NCBI GenBank assembly: GCA_965222605.1
Contig: OZ244960.1
Span: 1,888,001-1,952,000 of the forward strand
Reading direction: 5' to 3'
Origin: Candidatus Latescibacterota bacterium
Lineage (GTDB): Bacteria; Latescibacterota; UBA2968
DNA length: 64,000 nucleotides
The notes beneath the pieces were generated by a model, which saw only the letters and a list, made by a program, of their open reading frames with translations, had not been told where the DNA came from and did not search any database. A program made the position numbers and the translations under genes. Shown piece after piece: positions 39,145 through 49,637 of the stretch (positions within the stretch are counted from its first letter, which is position 1; each line of letters begins with the position of its first letter).

Positions 39145-40689
39145 ATGACCAGACGCAGACTACCCATCGGCATACAGACCTTCCGCAAAATTTGGGAGGA
39201 GAACTGCTATTACGTTGACAAAACCCCTTACATTCAGCGGCTGATAGATGAAGGCACACATTATTTTTTATCCCGCCCGCGCCGCTTTGGCAAAAGCCTT
39301 TTCCTTGACACGTTGAAGGAACTATTCGAGGGCAATGAACCGCTGTTCGAGGAGCTTTACATCCATGACCTCTGGGATTGGGGGGTGCGCTATCCCGTGC
39401 TGCGGCTCGACTTTGGCAGCGGAAGTTACGTAGAGCCGGGCGATTTGCACAAAGAGACAATGGCGCAGTTGGACGCTATTGCAGAAGAAGCCGGGATCGA
39501 ACCCCGTTACGACACAGCAGCGGCTCGCTTCCGCCATCTGATACAGGCACTGCATCGGCGGGATAACCAGCGTGTCGCCGTGCTGATCGACGAATACGAC
39601 AAGCCGATCCTGGACGCGCTCGAGATGCCGGAGATCGCACGCACCAACCGCGACTACCTGCGCGGACTGTATTCGGCTATCAAGGTAAGCGACGCCCACG
39701 TCAAGTTCACCTTCCTCACCGGCGTCAGCAAATTCTCCAAGGTCAGCTTGTTCTCCGGCCTCAACAACCTCAAAGACATCACATTGGATGCGCGCTACTC
39801 GGCCATCTGCGGCTACACCGATGCGGACCTGGACACGGTATTCGCACCAGAGTTGCCAGACCTGAACCGCGATCAAATCCGCGACTGGTACAACGGCTAT
39901 AGATGGCTGGGAGAGGAGGTCTATAACCCGTTCGACATTCTCCTGCTCTTCGACAAGCGACAATTCGGTGCCTACTGGTTCGAGACCGGTACGCCCACGT
40001 TTCTGATCAAGATGTTAGTAGATCGCGGGGTGAGTTCTATAGACCTGAACAATATGCTGGGCAGCGACGAATTATTATCCACATTTGACGTTGACGATAT
40101 CGCCACCGAAGCACTGCTGTTCCAGACCGGCTATCTCACGATTCGCCAAACCGAGCCGCGCGGAGAGCGGATGTTCTACAGACTGGGCTACCCGAACCGT
40201 GAGGTACGGCAGAGCTTGCACGAGAGCCTGTTGAGCCATCTGATTGGACACTCGTCGCGCAGCGTAGAACACAGTGCTCGTCTTTACGACCTGTTGCTGG
40301 TAAACGACTTCACCGGCCTGGAAAACCTGTTCAATGCATTCTTCGCCAGCATTCCCTACCAGTGTCACACGAACAACGACATCGCGGATTACGAGGGCTA
40401 CTACGCCAGCGTGTTCTACTCCTACTTTGCGTCAGTGGGATTGGACATCGTTGTAGAGGACAGCAGCAGCCACGGGCGTCTGGACATGGCGGTTCGCTTC
40501 AACGGCAACATCTATCTGTTCGAGTTCAAAGTGGTAGAACTGGCACCGGAGGGCACCGCGATGGCACAACTAAAAGTGCGGCAATACGCCGACAAATACC
40601 GCGACCTGGGCGAGCCAATCCACCTGATCGCCGTAGAGTTCAGCCGAGAAACCCGCAATCTGGTGGTGTTCGAGACAGCTCTGGCATGA
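39145..40689 (+). CDS. AAA-ATPase-like + C-terminal PD-(D/E)xK nuclease protein (DUF1703-type)
   Basis: LPIGIQTF, YYVDKT, SRPRRFGKSL, LIDEYDKP, WYNGY, GRLD...FEFK...AQ. Confidence 0.92.
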   Translation: MTRRRLPIGIQTFRKIWEENCYYVDKTPYIQRLIDEGTHYFLSRPRRFGKSLFLDTLKELFEGNEPLFEELYIHDLWDWGVRYPVLRLDFGSGSYVEPGDLHKETMAQLDAIAEEAGIEPRYDTAAARFRHLIQALHRRDNQRVAVLIDEYDKPILDALEMPEIARTNRDYLRGLYSAIKVSDAHVKFTFLTGVSKFSKVSLFSGLNNLKDITLDARYSAICGYTDADLDTVFAPELPDLNRDQIRDWYNGYRWLGEEVYNPFDILLLFDKRQFGAYWFETGTPTFLIKMLVDRGVSSIDLNNMLGSDELLSTFDVDDIATEALLFQTGYLTIRQTEPRGERMFYRLGYPNREVRQSLHESLLSHLIGHSSRSVEHSARLYDLLLVNDFTGLENLFNAFFASIPYQCHTNNDIADYEGYYASVFYSYFASVGLDIVVEDSSSHGRLDMAVRFNGNIYLFEFKVVELAPEGTAMAQLKVRQYADKYRDLGEPIHLIAVEFSRETRNLVVFETALA

Positions 40690-40889
40690 GGTACAACTAC
40701 CCATCGGATCTGGAAACTAAATAGTGCCACAGAAAGAGCAGATATTACAAGTTGAGCGAGTAGTCTATGGGGTTTGGAGGATGAAACTTGAACTGGCACG
40801 ACAGAGCAAAGTTGAAGGATTAACCTGTCCAGAAATACTGGGTGAATTGGCAGAAAAACTCACCACCAAACTCAATAGGAAAATAAATA

Positions 40890-43800
40890 ATGGAGATGGG
40901 ATTTTCACAGGGACAAATCGTGGTTTTGAAGTCTGATTCTTCTGTGAAGGGAGCGGTTGTTGAGGTATTGCCAGGTGGGGATGAGGATCGGGTCAGGGTT
41001 TTTACAGAGGGAAATATTCAAACGTATTACGCCTCTCAGTTGAAAACCGGAGAGCAACCCGATGACGACTTTCAACTTCTTTCGCGTGATCAGTTTCACG
41101 CCTACCTGACCGCCCTACAAATACGGCATCCGAGCCTATCGAATTTGTATTCACTCAATGCGGCTCGCGTTGACTTTATACCCTACCAGTTTCGCCCGGT
41201 GCTAAGATTCATTCGGTCAGATCGTCCGAGACTTCTGATTGCAGACGGCGTAGGAGTGGGTAAGACAATTGAGGCGGGATTGATCCTCCGGGAGTTGCAG
41301 GCCAGACGTGACATCAACTCTGTACTCATTATATGCCCGCGTCCATTGGTGACCGAGCGCAAATGGGAGAGTGAGATGAAACGATTTGACGAGCGTTTCA
41401 CCCATCTCGACGGACCTACCTTGAGATACTGCATCAATGAGATGGACCTGGAAGGCGTATGGCCCCAACAGCATCAGCGAACAATTCTTCCTTATTCGTT
41501 ATTTGACGAGGTGCTCCTTCACGGTTCAAAGAGAAGGGGCAGAGGAAAAAGCAGAAAAGGTCTGCTGGATTTAGACCCGCCTCCACGATTCGATCTTGTA
41601 ATTGTCGATGAAGCCCACCATATTCGCAATCAGATTACTTACTCTCACCAGGCTGTGCGATTTTTCTGCGATCACGCCGAAGCCGCGATATTTCTGACCG
41701 CTACGCCTATCCAGCTTCGTAGCCATGACTTGTTTGTTCTGCTGAATACGCTCCGTCCCGATCTCATCCTGGATCATGAGAGCTTTGAGCACATGGCAGA
41801 GCCAAACCCATTTATCAACCAAGCTGTGGACTATGTACGCACACAGGAGCAGGATTGGACTGCGCGGACTATAGAAGTCCTTGACCAGACAACCCAAACT
41901 GCTTGGGGACGAGCGATTCTCCGCGACAATCCTGAATTTAAGCGGGTACAAGAACGACTGGCTGAAGGTCGTATTACCTCTGATGAAAGGGTGCAACTCA
42001 TCACGGACATTGAGTCATTGCATACGTTCTCGGGAATTATCAACAGGACGCGACGGCGCGATATCGGTACGTTTACCATTAGAAAATCGGAAACAGTCAA
42101 CGTTTCATTTACCGCTTCACAGCAACCACTACACGACCAGTTGCTCGAGGTACAAGCAGAGATATTTCGTAGGCTCCATGGGAATATAAACGTCAAGTTC
42201 ATGATGACCACAATCCGGCGACAAGCCGCGAGTTGTTTGTATGGATTAGCTCCTTTTCTCGAAGATATTTTGAGCCGCCATCTCGACGAATTAGAATGGG
42301 ACGAAGCCGACGATATGAGAGCCGTGCCATCAAGCGATACCATTGATTCCATCCAATCGCAAATCCAAGTGATTCTCGAGAAGGCACGATCTCTTGATCC
42401 CTATGATCCGAAGTTGGAGGCCTTTCGCAAAGTCATCCGGGAAAAACAGAGCTTGTCCAACAACAAAATTATGTTGTTCAGTAGCTTTCGACACACACTT
42501 AGATATCTTTACAAACATCTCAAGGCGGATGGCGTTCGTGTCGGTATGATTCACGGTGGGACGCCCGATGAAGAGCGAGTTGCTCTTCGAAGCCGTTTTG
42601 AGAAGCCGCGAGAGAATAGCGATACTCTTGATGTCCTATTGTTTTCGGAAATCGGTTGCGAAGGATTGGACTACCAGTTTTGCGATTGTATTGTGAATTA
42701 TGATCTGCCGTGGAATCCAATGCGCGTTGAGCAGCGAATTGGTCGTATTGACCGCAACGGCCAGCAGAGCGAAACCGTCGCCATTGTCAACTTGATCACT
42801 CCCGGAACAGTTGATGCAGACATTTATGAGCGTTGTCTTGTTCGCATAGGTGTGTTCAATAGTGCTCTTGGCAGCAACGAAGAAATACTTGGGGAGATCA
42901 CCAGAGAGATCAAAAATATCGCGGAAAATTATTCTTTGACCGAAGAGGACCGAAGGGCCAAGTTGCAGCAGTTGGCAGATAACAAGATTCGATTGGTACA
43001 AGAACAAGATAAACTGGAACAGAAGCAGATGGAGCTCTTCGGTATTCGTCTTCCTGAAGATCAGATGAAGAAGGAAATCGAAGATGCCTCAAGCTTTTGG
43101 TTGTCGCCGACCTCCCTGCAAAGACTCGTCGCGCTCTATCTACAGCAAAAGTGCGGGGAAGCTCATGCTTTTATTCTTGGAGAGAGGCCCTTGAAAACGC
43201 TCCGCCTTTCACAAGATGCCCGCAATATCCTTTTGCGCGACTTTCGGCAACTTCCCCGCCAGAACACGACAGCCTATCGCGATTGGGAGAATTGGCTAAA
43301 GGGCGGAGACCCGCACTTGTCCATAACCTTCGATCAGGACTGCGCCACGCAGCATCCCGAGGCCGCTTTCGTCATGCCGCTCCACCCTTTGGTAAAACAG
43401 GCGGCGAAGTCATTCGATACGAAGGAACGAGTTATCGTAAGCCTGAAGGCACAAGCCAATGAAGTACCTGCTGGTCGTTATGAATTTGCCATTTACCAGT
43501 GGCGGTTCCAGGGTATCAGGGAGGATTTGATGCTCAAGCCAATTGCCTCATCAGAGACCTTAACATCACACTTGAGCCATCTTCTTGAGAAAACCGTAGA
43601 TGCAGACAATAAAAAAAGAAGCACCGCTGCTGTGTGGGATGAATTAGACGCTCATCATTACAAGTTGTGGTCCGAGGAACGCACAGATCATCAGCAACGA
43701 AATCAGGAGTTAGCGAAATATCGCAAAGAGAGCCTGTCAACGAGCCACCAGGCACGCATGGCACTTCTTGTCGAACAACTTGCACAGGCAAACGACGAAA

Positions 43801-43949
43801 AGATACAGAGGATGCGCCAATCGCAGATCAAGAGCGCAACTGCCGACTACGATAGACGCATCCAAGAATTGGATAACGCCATAGATAAAGCGGATATTAT
43901 TACTGAGCCTGTGGCTTATGGTGTTCTGAATATTGAGGAGGTAAAATGA
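40890..43949 (+). CDS. SNF2-family (RapA/HepA-like) helicase/translocase
   Basis: ADGVGVGKT, DEAHH, LTATP, EGLDYQ, NYDLPWNP.R.EQRIGRIDR. Confidence 0.92.
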   Translation: MEMGFSQGQIVVLKSDSSVKGAVVEVLPGGDEDRVRVFTEGNIQTYYASQLKTGEQPDDDFQLLSRDQFHAYLTALQIRHPSLSNLYSLNAARVDFIPYQFRPVLRFIRSDRPRLLIADGVGVGKTIEAGLILRELQARRDINSVLIICPRPLVTERKWESEMKRFDERFTHLDGPTLRYCINEMDLEGVWPQQHQRTILPYSLFDEVLLHGSKRRGRGKSRKGLLDLDPPPRFDLVIVDEAHHIRNQITYSHQAVRFFCDHAEAAIFLTATPIQLRSHDLFVLLNTLRPDLILDHESFEHMAEPNPFINQAVDYVRTQEQDWTARTIEVLDQTTQTAWGRAILRDNPEFKRVQERLAEGRITSDERVQLITDIESLHTFSGIINRTRRRDIGTFTIRKSETVNVSFTASQQPLHDQLLEVQAEIFRRLHGNINVKFMMTTIRRQAASCLYGLAPFLEDILSRHLDELEWDEADDMRAVPSSDTIDSIQSQIQVILEKARSLDPYDPKLEAFRKVIREKQSLSNNKIMLFSSFRHTLRYLYKHLKADGVRVGMIHGGTPDEERVALRSRFEKPRENSDTLDVLLFSEIGCEGLDYQFCDCIVNYDLPWNPMRVEQRIGRIDRNGQQSETVAIVNLITPGTVDADIYERCLVRIGVFNSALGSNEEILGEITREIKNIAENYSLTEEDRRAKLQQLADNKIRLVQEQDKLEQKQMELFGIRLPEDQMKKEIEDASSFWLSPTSLQRLVALYLQQKCGEAHAFILGERPLKTLRLSQDARNILLRDFRQLPRQNTTAYRDWENWLKGGDPHLSITFDQDCATQHPEAAFVMPLHPLVKQAAKSFDTKERVIVSLKAQANEVPAGRYEFAIYQWRFQGIREDLMLKPIASSETLTSHLSHLLEKTVDADNKKRSTAAVWDELDAHHYKLWSEERTDHQQRNQELAKYRKESLSTSHQARMALLVEQLAQANDEKIQRMRQSQIKSATADYDRRIQELDNAIDKADIITEPVAYGVLNIEEVK

Positions 43950-46900
43950 ACCTGAAAGAATTACGACAGAAACGTTTAAAGTGGGTAGCGGCGAATCGAG
44001 AAAACGGCTTTGATGATGGCATTAAGCGGTTATTGACAGACCTATATCCGGATAATGCACACTTCATTTATGAACTTCTTCAAAATGCCGAGGATGCAAG
44101 GGCATCAAAAGTCCAGTTTATTCTTACCGATGATAGAGTTGAATTTGAACATAATGGAGACCGTCTATTCTCCATAGAAGATGTAGAATCCATTACAAGT
44201 ATCGGTATAAGTACGAAGCAAGATGACCATACCAACATTGGCAAGTTTGGTGTTGGCTTTAAGGCTGTATTTGCCTATACCTCCACACCAGAAATTAAAT
44301 CAGGTGAATATCACTTCCGCATCTGCGATTTAGTTGTGCCCGATACGAAAGGTTTGTCCCCAATAGAGTGCAAAAAAGAAAAGACCTGTTTTATCTTCCC
44401 GTTCGATAATCCCGACAAAAGCCCAGAGATAGCTCGTGCTGAGATAGAAAGGAATCTTCGGCAATTAAACGAAAGTTCGCTGCTCTTTCTTAGTAATATT
44501 AAAAAGATCGAATACCTGCTACCTGATTCAACTCTGGGTTTTCTTGAACGAAAAAAAATAGATGAAAACCGAATTGAGATTCTTGTCCAGCATCCAGGAG
44601 ACTCGGAGCCTACTTCAGTCGTTTTCCTTCGTTTTAGGAAGACTGTTGATGTGAATGATGAAGACAATAACCTCAAACCTTGCCGGATTGCGGTTGCCTT
44701 TGGCTTAGAGAAGACTCAAGAAAAAAAATGGAAAATCAAACTTTTGGACAGAGGTCAAGTTTGCATCTACTTCCCTGCTGAAAAGGAAACATCCAACCTG
44801 AAATTTCACCTACATGCGCCTTTCGCCTCAACCGTTGCCCGTGATAGTGTGCGCGATTGTGAAGCCAACAATGACTTGCGCGATCAACTTGCAAATTTAA
44901 TTGCCGAATCAATAGCCGCCATACGCAATCAAGGGTTATTGACTGTGGAATTTCTAGCAACGCTTCCCAATGACAGAGATAACCTATCTTCATTTTACAA
45001 ACCAATCCTGAATAAATTGATTGAGGTATTTAAAAATAAAGAATTGGTTCCGATGAAACAGGGAGGACATGCTGCTGCAAATAATATTTTCAGAGGATTA
45101 GCACAACTGTCAGATCTTATCAGCGATAGCGATTTGGTAACAATTCTTGAAGAGGATTACTATCCTCCAGTGTGGATTGCTAATCCTCCACAAAGAAATC
45201 AGCGTGAATATAATTTTCTATCCATGTTGGATATCCCAGAATGGACACGAGAAGACCTTGTAAATGAATTGTCTGCTGAGTCTGAGACGATAATGAAATG
45301 GCTGGCAGAAAAATCCGATGAATGGCATCAAAGACTCTATGCATTGCTGGGTGATTTCCTATCAAATGCTCCGTCATATCCACGTTATGTCGCAACGGAG
45401 CGTAAGGACAAGTTATCAAACCTTCGCATCATTTGTTGTAGCGATGACGAATACAGAGTCGGGAGTGAATGCTACTTCCCCAGCGATGGGATCGAATATG
45501 ATGAATTAATGCCCCGCGTCGCCAAAGGTATCTATTCATCGGGTAATAACAAGCAGGAACAAGAGAAAGCCCGCAAATTTCTTGAAGACATTAGGGTTCG
45601 CGAAGTCGGTGAGGTAGAACAAATTGAGGCAATTTTGAAGCAAAGATATTCAAAAGGCTCAATTAAGCCACTTGAGCAAGATATAGAAAGGTTTATTGGA
45701 CTTATAGAAAAAGAGCTAGAACACGCAAGTTTATTCAGCGAATATTACATCTTTAAATTAGAAAATGAGAAGTGGGGAAAGCCAAGAATAGTCTTCCTAG
45801 ACGCTCCTTATCTCAAAACCGGCTTGAGAGTTTACTATGAGGCACTTGGCGAAAATGCGAACCACAATCAGGCCCTCTCGATGAAGTATTATAAAGAGTG
45901 TGGAATTAGTCCCGAAAGAATCGGAGAGTTTGCAAAAAAAGTTGGTGCACAAACAAAACTAACGCCGAAGAAACAGGAGATTCCGTATGGACATCTGGAA
46001 TGGAGTGAATTAAAAGATGACGGGAGGTGGACTCACCTTGGAATAGATAAAGACTTTGATATACAGGAGTTTGACGTATTATTGATCGAGCCTAACCTAA
46101 GAAAGTCTAAACTCATTTGGGATACTATGAACACATTGCCTGATAGCTTTCTCGAAGCCTCGTATCGTTCAAATCGTCAGTATCCTATTAAAACTGCCAA
46201 TTCCACACTTGTCCACAAACTAAAAAAAAACAAGTGGGTTCCACAAAAGGGCAATGAGTTTGTACGACCTTGCGATGCTTCTCCTGATCGGCTCCTCAAA
46301 GGATTCCCCTTTGATAATGGACAGAAGTGGCTCGCAAAAGTTGAATTTGGCGCATCTACCAAAAAACAGAGTGAGGAAAACAACTACCGTAATCAATACG
46401 CCAAGAGCATGGGCTTCGACTCTACTGAGGATGCCGAGAAATGGGCGAAAGTTGCTAAGTATTCGGAAAAAGCACCGGATGAATTACTCGATGAAATCAG
46501 TCGCCGAAAACGACGTGAGGAGCGGCTTTTTATAAATCTTAGCGAGACCGAAGAAAAAAGTTACGAAATTCGAGCCAGAAGCATTAGGTCCACAAGAGGC
46601 ACGATTGACCCTAGGACTCACCTTAGAGCACAATATACAAGAGACAACAAGATGGAGTGCCAAATGTGTAAACAGGATATGCCGTTCAAGAAGCGCAATA
46701 GCGAAGATGATTACTTTGAGGCAGTAGAGGCTCTCCGAAGAGATCATTTTCCCAAAGAGCATGAGGCTCAGTACTTGGCACTGTGTCCGGAGTGTGCAGC
46801 AAAGTATAAGGAATTTGTGAAGCGCGATCCGGCAACACGAAAAGCCTTGTATAACGCCTTGAAAAATTCCAATGAACCCGAAGTTTGCATGGAATTGAGT

Positions 46901-47005
46901 AATTTAAGAATACGCATTCAGTTTGAAGACAAGCACTGGCGGGATATGAAAACGGTTTTATACTATTACGATAATTTATACGGTACCGAAAATTTAACCG
47001 ATTAG
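43946..47005 (+). CDS. Sacsin/Nov-like GHKL ATPase protein with C-terminal CxxC..CxxC (HNH-like) domain
   Basis: ELLQNAEDA, HNG..F, GKFGVGFKAVF, HAPF; C-terminal CQMC...LALCPEC; ATGA overlap with the helicase gene. Confidence 0.82.
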   Translation: MNLKELRQKRLKWVAANRENGFDDGIKRLLTDLYPDNAHFIYELLQNAEDARASKVQFILTDDRVEFEHNGDRLFSIEDVESITSIGISTKQDDHTNIGKFGVGFKAVFAYTSTPEIKSGEYHFRICDLVVPDTKGLSPIECKKEKTCFIFPFDNPDKSPEIARAEIERNLRQLNESSLLFLSNIKKIEYLLPDSTLGFLERKKIDENRIEILVQHPGDSEPTSVVFLRFRKTVDVNDEDNNLKPCRIAVAFGLEKTQEKKWKIKLLDRGQVCIYFPAEKETSNLKFHLHAPFASTVARDSVRDCEANNDLRDQLANLIAESIAAIRNQGLLTVEFLATLPNDRDNLSSFYKPILNKLIEVFKNKELVPMKQGGHAAANNIFRGLAQLSDLISDSDLVTILEEDYYPPVWIANPPQRNQREYNFLSMLDIPEWTREDLVNELSAESETIMKWLAEKSDEWHQRLYALLGDFLSNAPSYPRYVATERKDKLSNLRIICCSDDEYRVGSECYFPSDGIEYDELMPRVAKGIYSSGNNKQEQEKARKFLEDIRVREVGEVEQIEAILKQRYSKGSIKPLEQDIERFIGLIEKELEHASLFSEYYIFKLENEKWGKPRIVFLDAPYLKTGLRVYYEALGENANHNQALSMKYYKECGISPERIGEFAKKVGAQTKLTPKKQEIPYGHLEWSELKDDGRWTHLGIDKDFDIQEFDVLLIEPNLRKSKLIWDTMNTLPDSFLEASYRSNRQYPIKTANSTLVHKLKKNKWVPQKGNEFVRPCDASPDRLLKGFPFDNGQKWLAKVEFGASTKKQSEENNYRNQYAKSMGFDSTEDAEKWAKVAKYSEKAPDELLDEISRRKRREERLFINLSETEEKSYEIRARSIRSTRGTIDPRTHLRAQYTRDNKMECQMCKQDMPFKKRNSEDDYFEAVEALRRDHFPKEHEAQYLALCPECAAKYKEFVKRDPATRKALYNALKNSNEPEVCMELSNLRIRIQFEDKHWRDMKTVLYYYDNLYGTENLTD

Positions 47006-47085
47006 ACGAGGGCATACAATGGTGCAGCGCGGGAACGCGATGAGAGAGGCAAAACCATTGTGTCCGAGATACTATAAGGAGAAAC

Positions 47086-47334
47086 ATGCCCTATACTAAT
47101 TATACGTCTCAGGAAGTCGAATCACGCGGTGAAGCAATTTATGCACAACAGATCCGCGACAAAGTGGATCCCAAGCACAAAGGCAAGTTCTTGGTCATAG
47201 ACATTGAAACAGAGGAATATGAAATCAACGCTGACGATTTGGTCGCTACAAAACAGCTACTTGCCAAACATCCCAATGCAGTCATTTACGGTTTGCGAAT
47301 CGGGTATCCAACCGCCTACCACATTGGTTTGTAG
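47086..47334 (+). CDS. Small hypothetical protein
   Basis: AAGGAG RBS; GEAIY...GKFLVIDIET..YEI...LRIG pattern. Confidence 0.7.
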   Translation: MPYTNYTSQEVESRGEAIYAQQIRDKVDPKHKGKFLVIDIETEEYEINADDLVATKQLLAKHPNAVIYGLRIGYPTAYHIGL

Positions 47335-47392
47335 TCGCCCAGGAGTTTTCTGGAAAAAACAAACTGGATTACTGGCGTTGTGCTTGCGCGTA

Positions 47393-47417
47393 GCGGCTAA
47401 AACCATGCCGCAATGAC
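47393..47417 (+). repeat. 25-bp palindromic repeat, copy 1
   Basis: GCGGCTAAAACCATGCCGCAATGAC, identical at 47747-47771. Confidence 0.8.
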
Positions 47418-47505
47418 AGGGGAAGTAACATCAGGTCGCTTTTTTTATCCTATGCTGCTACGCACAGCACCACATAGTAATGGTTATCTTAATGGAGAAA
47501 TCAAT

Positions 47506-47709
47506 ATGGCACTGACCGCACAAGAAATCTTTGCCGAAACCGTCCAATCCCTACCACCTGACGAACAGTTTCGTCTCGCAGCCCTGATTTTACAAGAGCT
47601 ATCCCAACCTGGGATTACGGTTGTGGATCGGAGAGACACCTGGAGTGAACAAGATAAAAAAGATTTAACCACGGCCTCTTTACAGTACGGGGCGGCACTT
47701 TATCCATAG
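47506..47709 (+). CDS. Small hypothetical (antitoxin-like) protein
   Basis: GGAG RBS; LPPDEQFRLAALIL...WSEQD..DL. Confidence 0.6.
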   Translation: MALTAQEIFAETVQSLPPDEQFRLAALILQELSQPGITVVDRRDTWSEQDKKDLTTASLQYGAALYP

Positions 47710-47746
47710 ACACAACACCAGTAATGGCAACCAAAACCACTGGATT

Positions 47747-47771
47747 GCGGCTAAAACCATGCCGCAATGAC
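47747..47771 (+). repeat. 25-bp palindromic repeat, copy 2
   Basis: GGATTGCGGC-TAAAACCAT-GCCGCAATGAC hairpin. Confidence 0.8.
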
Positions 47772-47827
47772 GGCTTTGGTGATGGGGCTGAATGATCGCC
47801 ACTGCGCGTCCCGCCGGATAGTTGACT

Positions 47828-48544
47828 TCACTCAAAGAATCCCTCATCGTGAGGCCGCAAATCGATCTCGAAACCCCAGGCACCTTTGTCCTGTTGCACC
47901 AGACTCCAATAGGCATCGGCCACGGCGTCGATATTCAGGAGAGGTTCGCCCTCCTCGACATACCCTCCCTCGCGCACCAGGGGGGTATCCAGCACCCCGT
48001 CTATGATAACGTGGGCCACGTGAATGCCTTCGGGCCACAGCTCGCGAGCCAACGCCCAGGCTAAACCGCGCACCGCAAACTTGGCGCTGCTGAAGGCAAG
48101 GGCACCTGCCCGGCCCCGAATGGACGAGGTGGCTCCGGTGAAAAGGATGGCGCCGCTACCCGCAGATAGCATATCGCTGGCCGCTTCCCTGGCGCATAGA
48201 AAGGAGCCGTAGGCACACACGCGCCAGGATTGTTCAAACTCATCCAGGGTCAGTTCGTGGAAGTTTTTCCAGGAAGCGTTGCCGGCGTGGTTGATCAGGA
48301 CATCAACCGGACCCAGTTCCTCGCGCACTCGGGCAAAACTCCGGATCACCTGCTGGGGATCGGTGATATCCGTGGGTACAGCCAGGGCCCTCACACCTCC
48401 TTGCAGCAGTTCTTCGGCTAATCCCTGGATATAATCAGGGGACCGGGCCAGCAACCCTACCTGGTAGCCTTCGCTTGCAAACTTCCTCACCAGCGCGGCG
48501 CCTAAACCAGAGCCGACTCCTGAAATAACAGCCGTTTTGGACAT
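47828..48544 (-). CDS. Short-chain dehydrogenase/reductase
   Basis: SGVGSGLG, NHAG, TGATSS.RG, FSSAK, HVAHVIIDG. Confidence 0.9.
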   Translation of the reverse strand: MSKTAVISGVGSGLGAALVRKFASEGYQVGLLARSPDYIQGLAEELLQGGVRALAVPTDITDPQQVIRSFARVREELGPVDVLINHAGNASWKNFHELTLDEFEQSWRVCAYGSFLCAREAASDMLSAGSGAILFTGATSSIRGRAGALAFSSAKFAVRGLAWALARELWPEGIHVAHVIIDGVLDTPLVREGGYVEEGEPLLNIDAVADAYWSLVQQDKGAWGFEIDLRPHDEGFFE

Positions 48545-48559
48545 GGCACTCTCCTATTT

Positions 48560-49621
48560 TTAAGGTTGACGATTGCGGGATGACACGGTTTTCGAAGTTA
48601 CCCTACTAATCATTGGATGCGGACCATAGGTCATCACGCCTTGTCGCGCGTGGGCATAAACCGCATCCTGAATCTCGAGAATACGCACTGCGTCAACAAT
48701 TGTCGGCTCAAACGCATTGCCCTCACGGCTCGCGTCGAGAGCTTTGCCCATCACGCGCTGCATTCGTTCACCGTGCGAAATATCCCCACTAAACTGGACA
48801 CCCTCAGTCGTGTGAACCTCAATCAAAGGTTCGCCATTGCGACCGTACTGCTCAAAAACCGAAGCCTTTGTACCGATAAACCGAAAAAAATGATCGCCAC
48901 TGCGCGTACCCGCCGGATAAGTATAACCGGACTCAACGACCCCGGTGATCCCGTCATCTGTTCGCAACACGCCGATACCGCTATCCTCCACACCCCGGCT
49001 GTACATCGCATTGGACATAACCGCACCAACGACGTTAATACTTCTATCACCAACAAATTGCAAAAACGTATCAATCCCATGCGCCGCCTCGACTGCCCAG
49101 CACCCGCCACCCGAAATACTCGGATCATTGTGCCACGCTGACGGCGTCGGATCATAACGGGACGGCGGACCGTTATTCAACCTGCTGCTATACAGCACCA
49201 GATCGCCCAAACTGCCATCTGCAACCATATCTTCCACCACACGGACAATTCGGCTCGCGCGATTTGGCAGCACCAGCGCACTGAACACACCGTACTTCTC
49301 CGATGCCTCGGCCGCGGGACGCAAGCGATCAGCACAATCGGCAAACGGTTTATCCAGAAGATAGGGAACGCGACGATCGATACATGCTTGCACATGAGAC
49401 GGCATCTCAACATGTTTTCCCGCAACAAGTGCCGCATCAGGCTGGCACGCATCGAGACACGCGCCTGCCGTCTCGAAACCACGGCATTGAAACTCATCCG
49501 CCAACTGTTGCCTGGGACCTGCATCGCCATCCATAACACCGACAATATCGTGACCCAATCCGTGTGCGGTACGCGCCATACCTCGCCCGTGGTGACTATA
49601 GGAAAGAACGACCAATTTCAT
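48560..49621 (-). CDS. Gfo/Idh/MocA family oxidoreductase
   Basis: LLDKP, GGGC...HGID. Confidence 0.82.
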   Translation of the reverse strand: MKLVVLSYSHHGRGMARTAHGLGHDIVGVMDGDAGPRQQLADEFQCRGFETAGACLDACQPDAALVAGKHVEMPSHVQACIDRRVPYLLDKPFADCADRLRPAAEASEKYGVFSALVLPNRASRIVRVVEDMVADGSLGDLVLYSSRLNNGPPSRYDPTPSAWHNDPSISGGGCWAVEAAHGIDTFLQFVGDRSINVVGAVMSNAMYSRGVEDSGIGVLRTDDGITGVVESGYTYPAGTRSGDHFFRFIGTKASVFEQYGRNGEPLIEVHTTEGVQFSGDISHGERMQRVMGKALDASREGNAFEPTIVDAVRILEIQDAVYAHARQGVMTYGPHPMISRVTSKTVSSRNRQP

Positions 49622-49637
49622 ATTTTATCTCCTCGTC

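Noticed and set aside
40724-40936. 70-aa ORF before the helicase
   Set aside because: No recognisable motif or clear RBS; overlaps the helicase start.
40890-47005. Identical 1019-aa length of the two adjacent proteins as a sign of duplication
   Set aside because: The sequences are unrelated; the match is coincidental.
47413-47505. N-terminal extension (MTGEVT...) of the 47506 gene
   Set aside because: That ATG comes from the palindromic repeat; the RBS supports the start at 47506.
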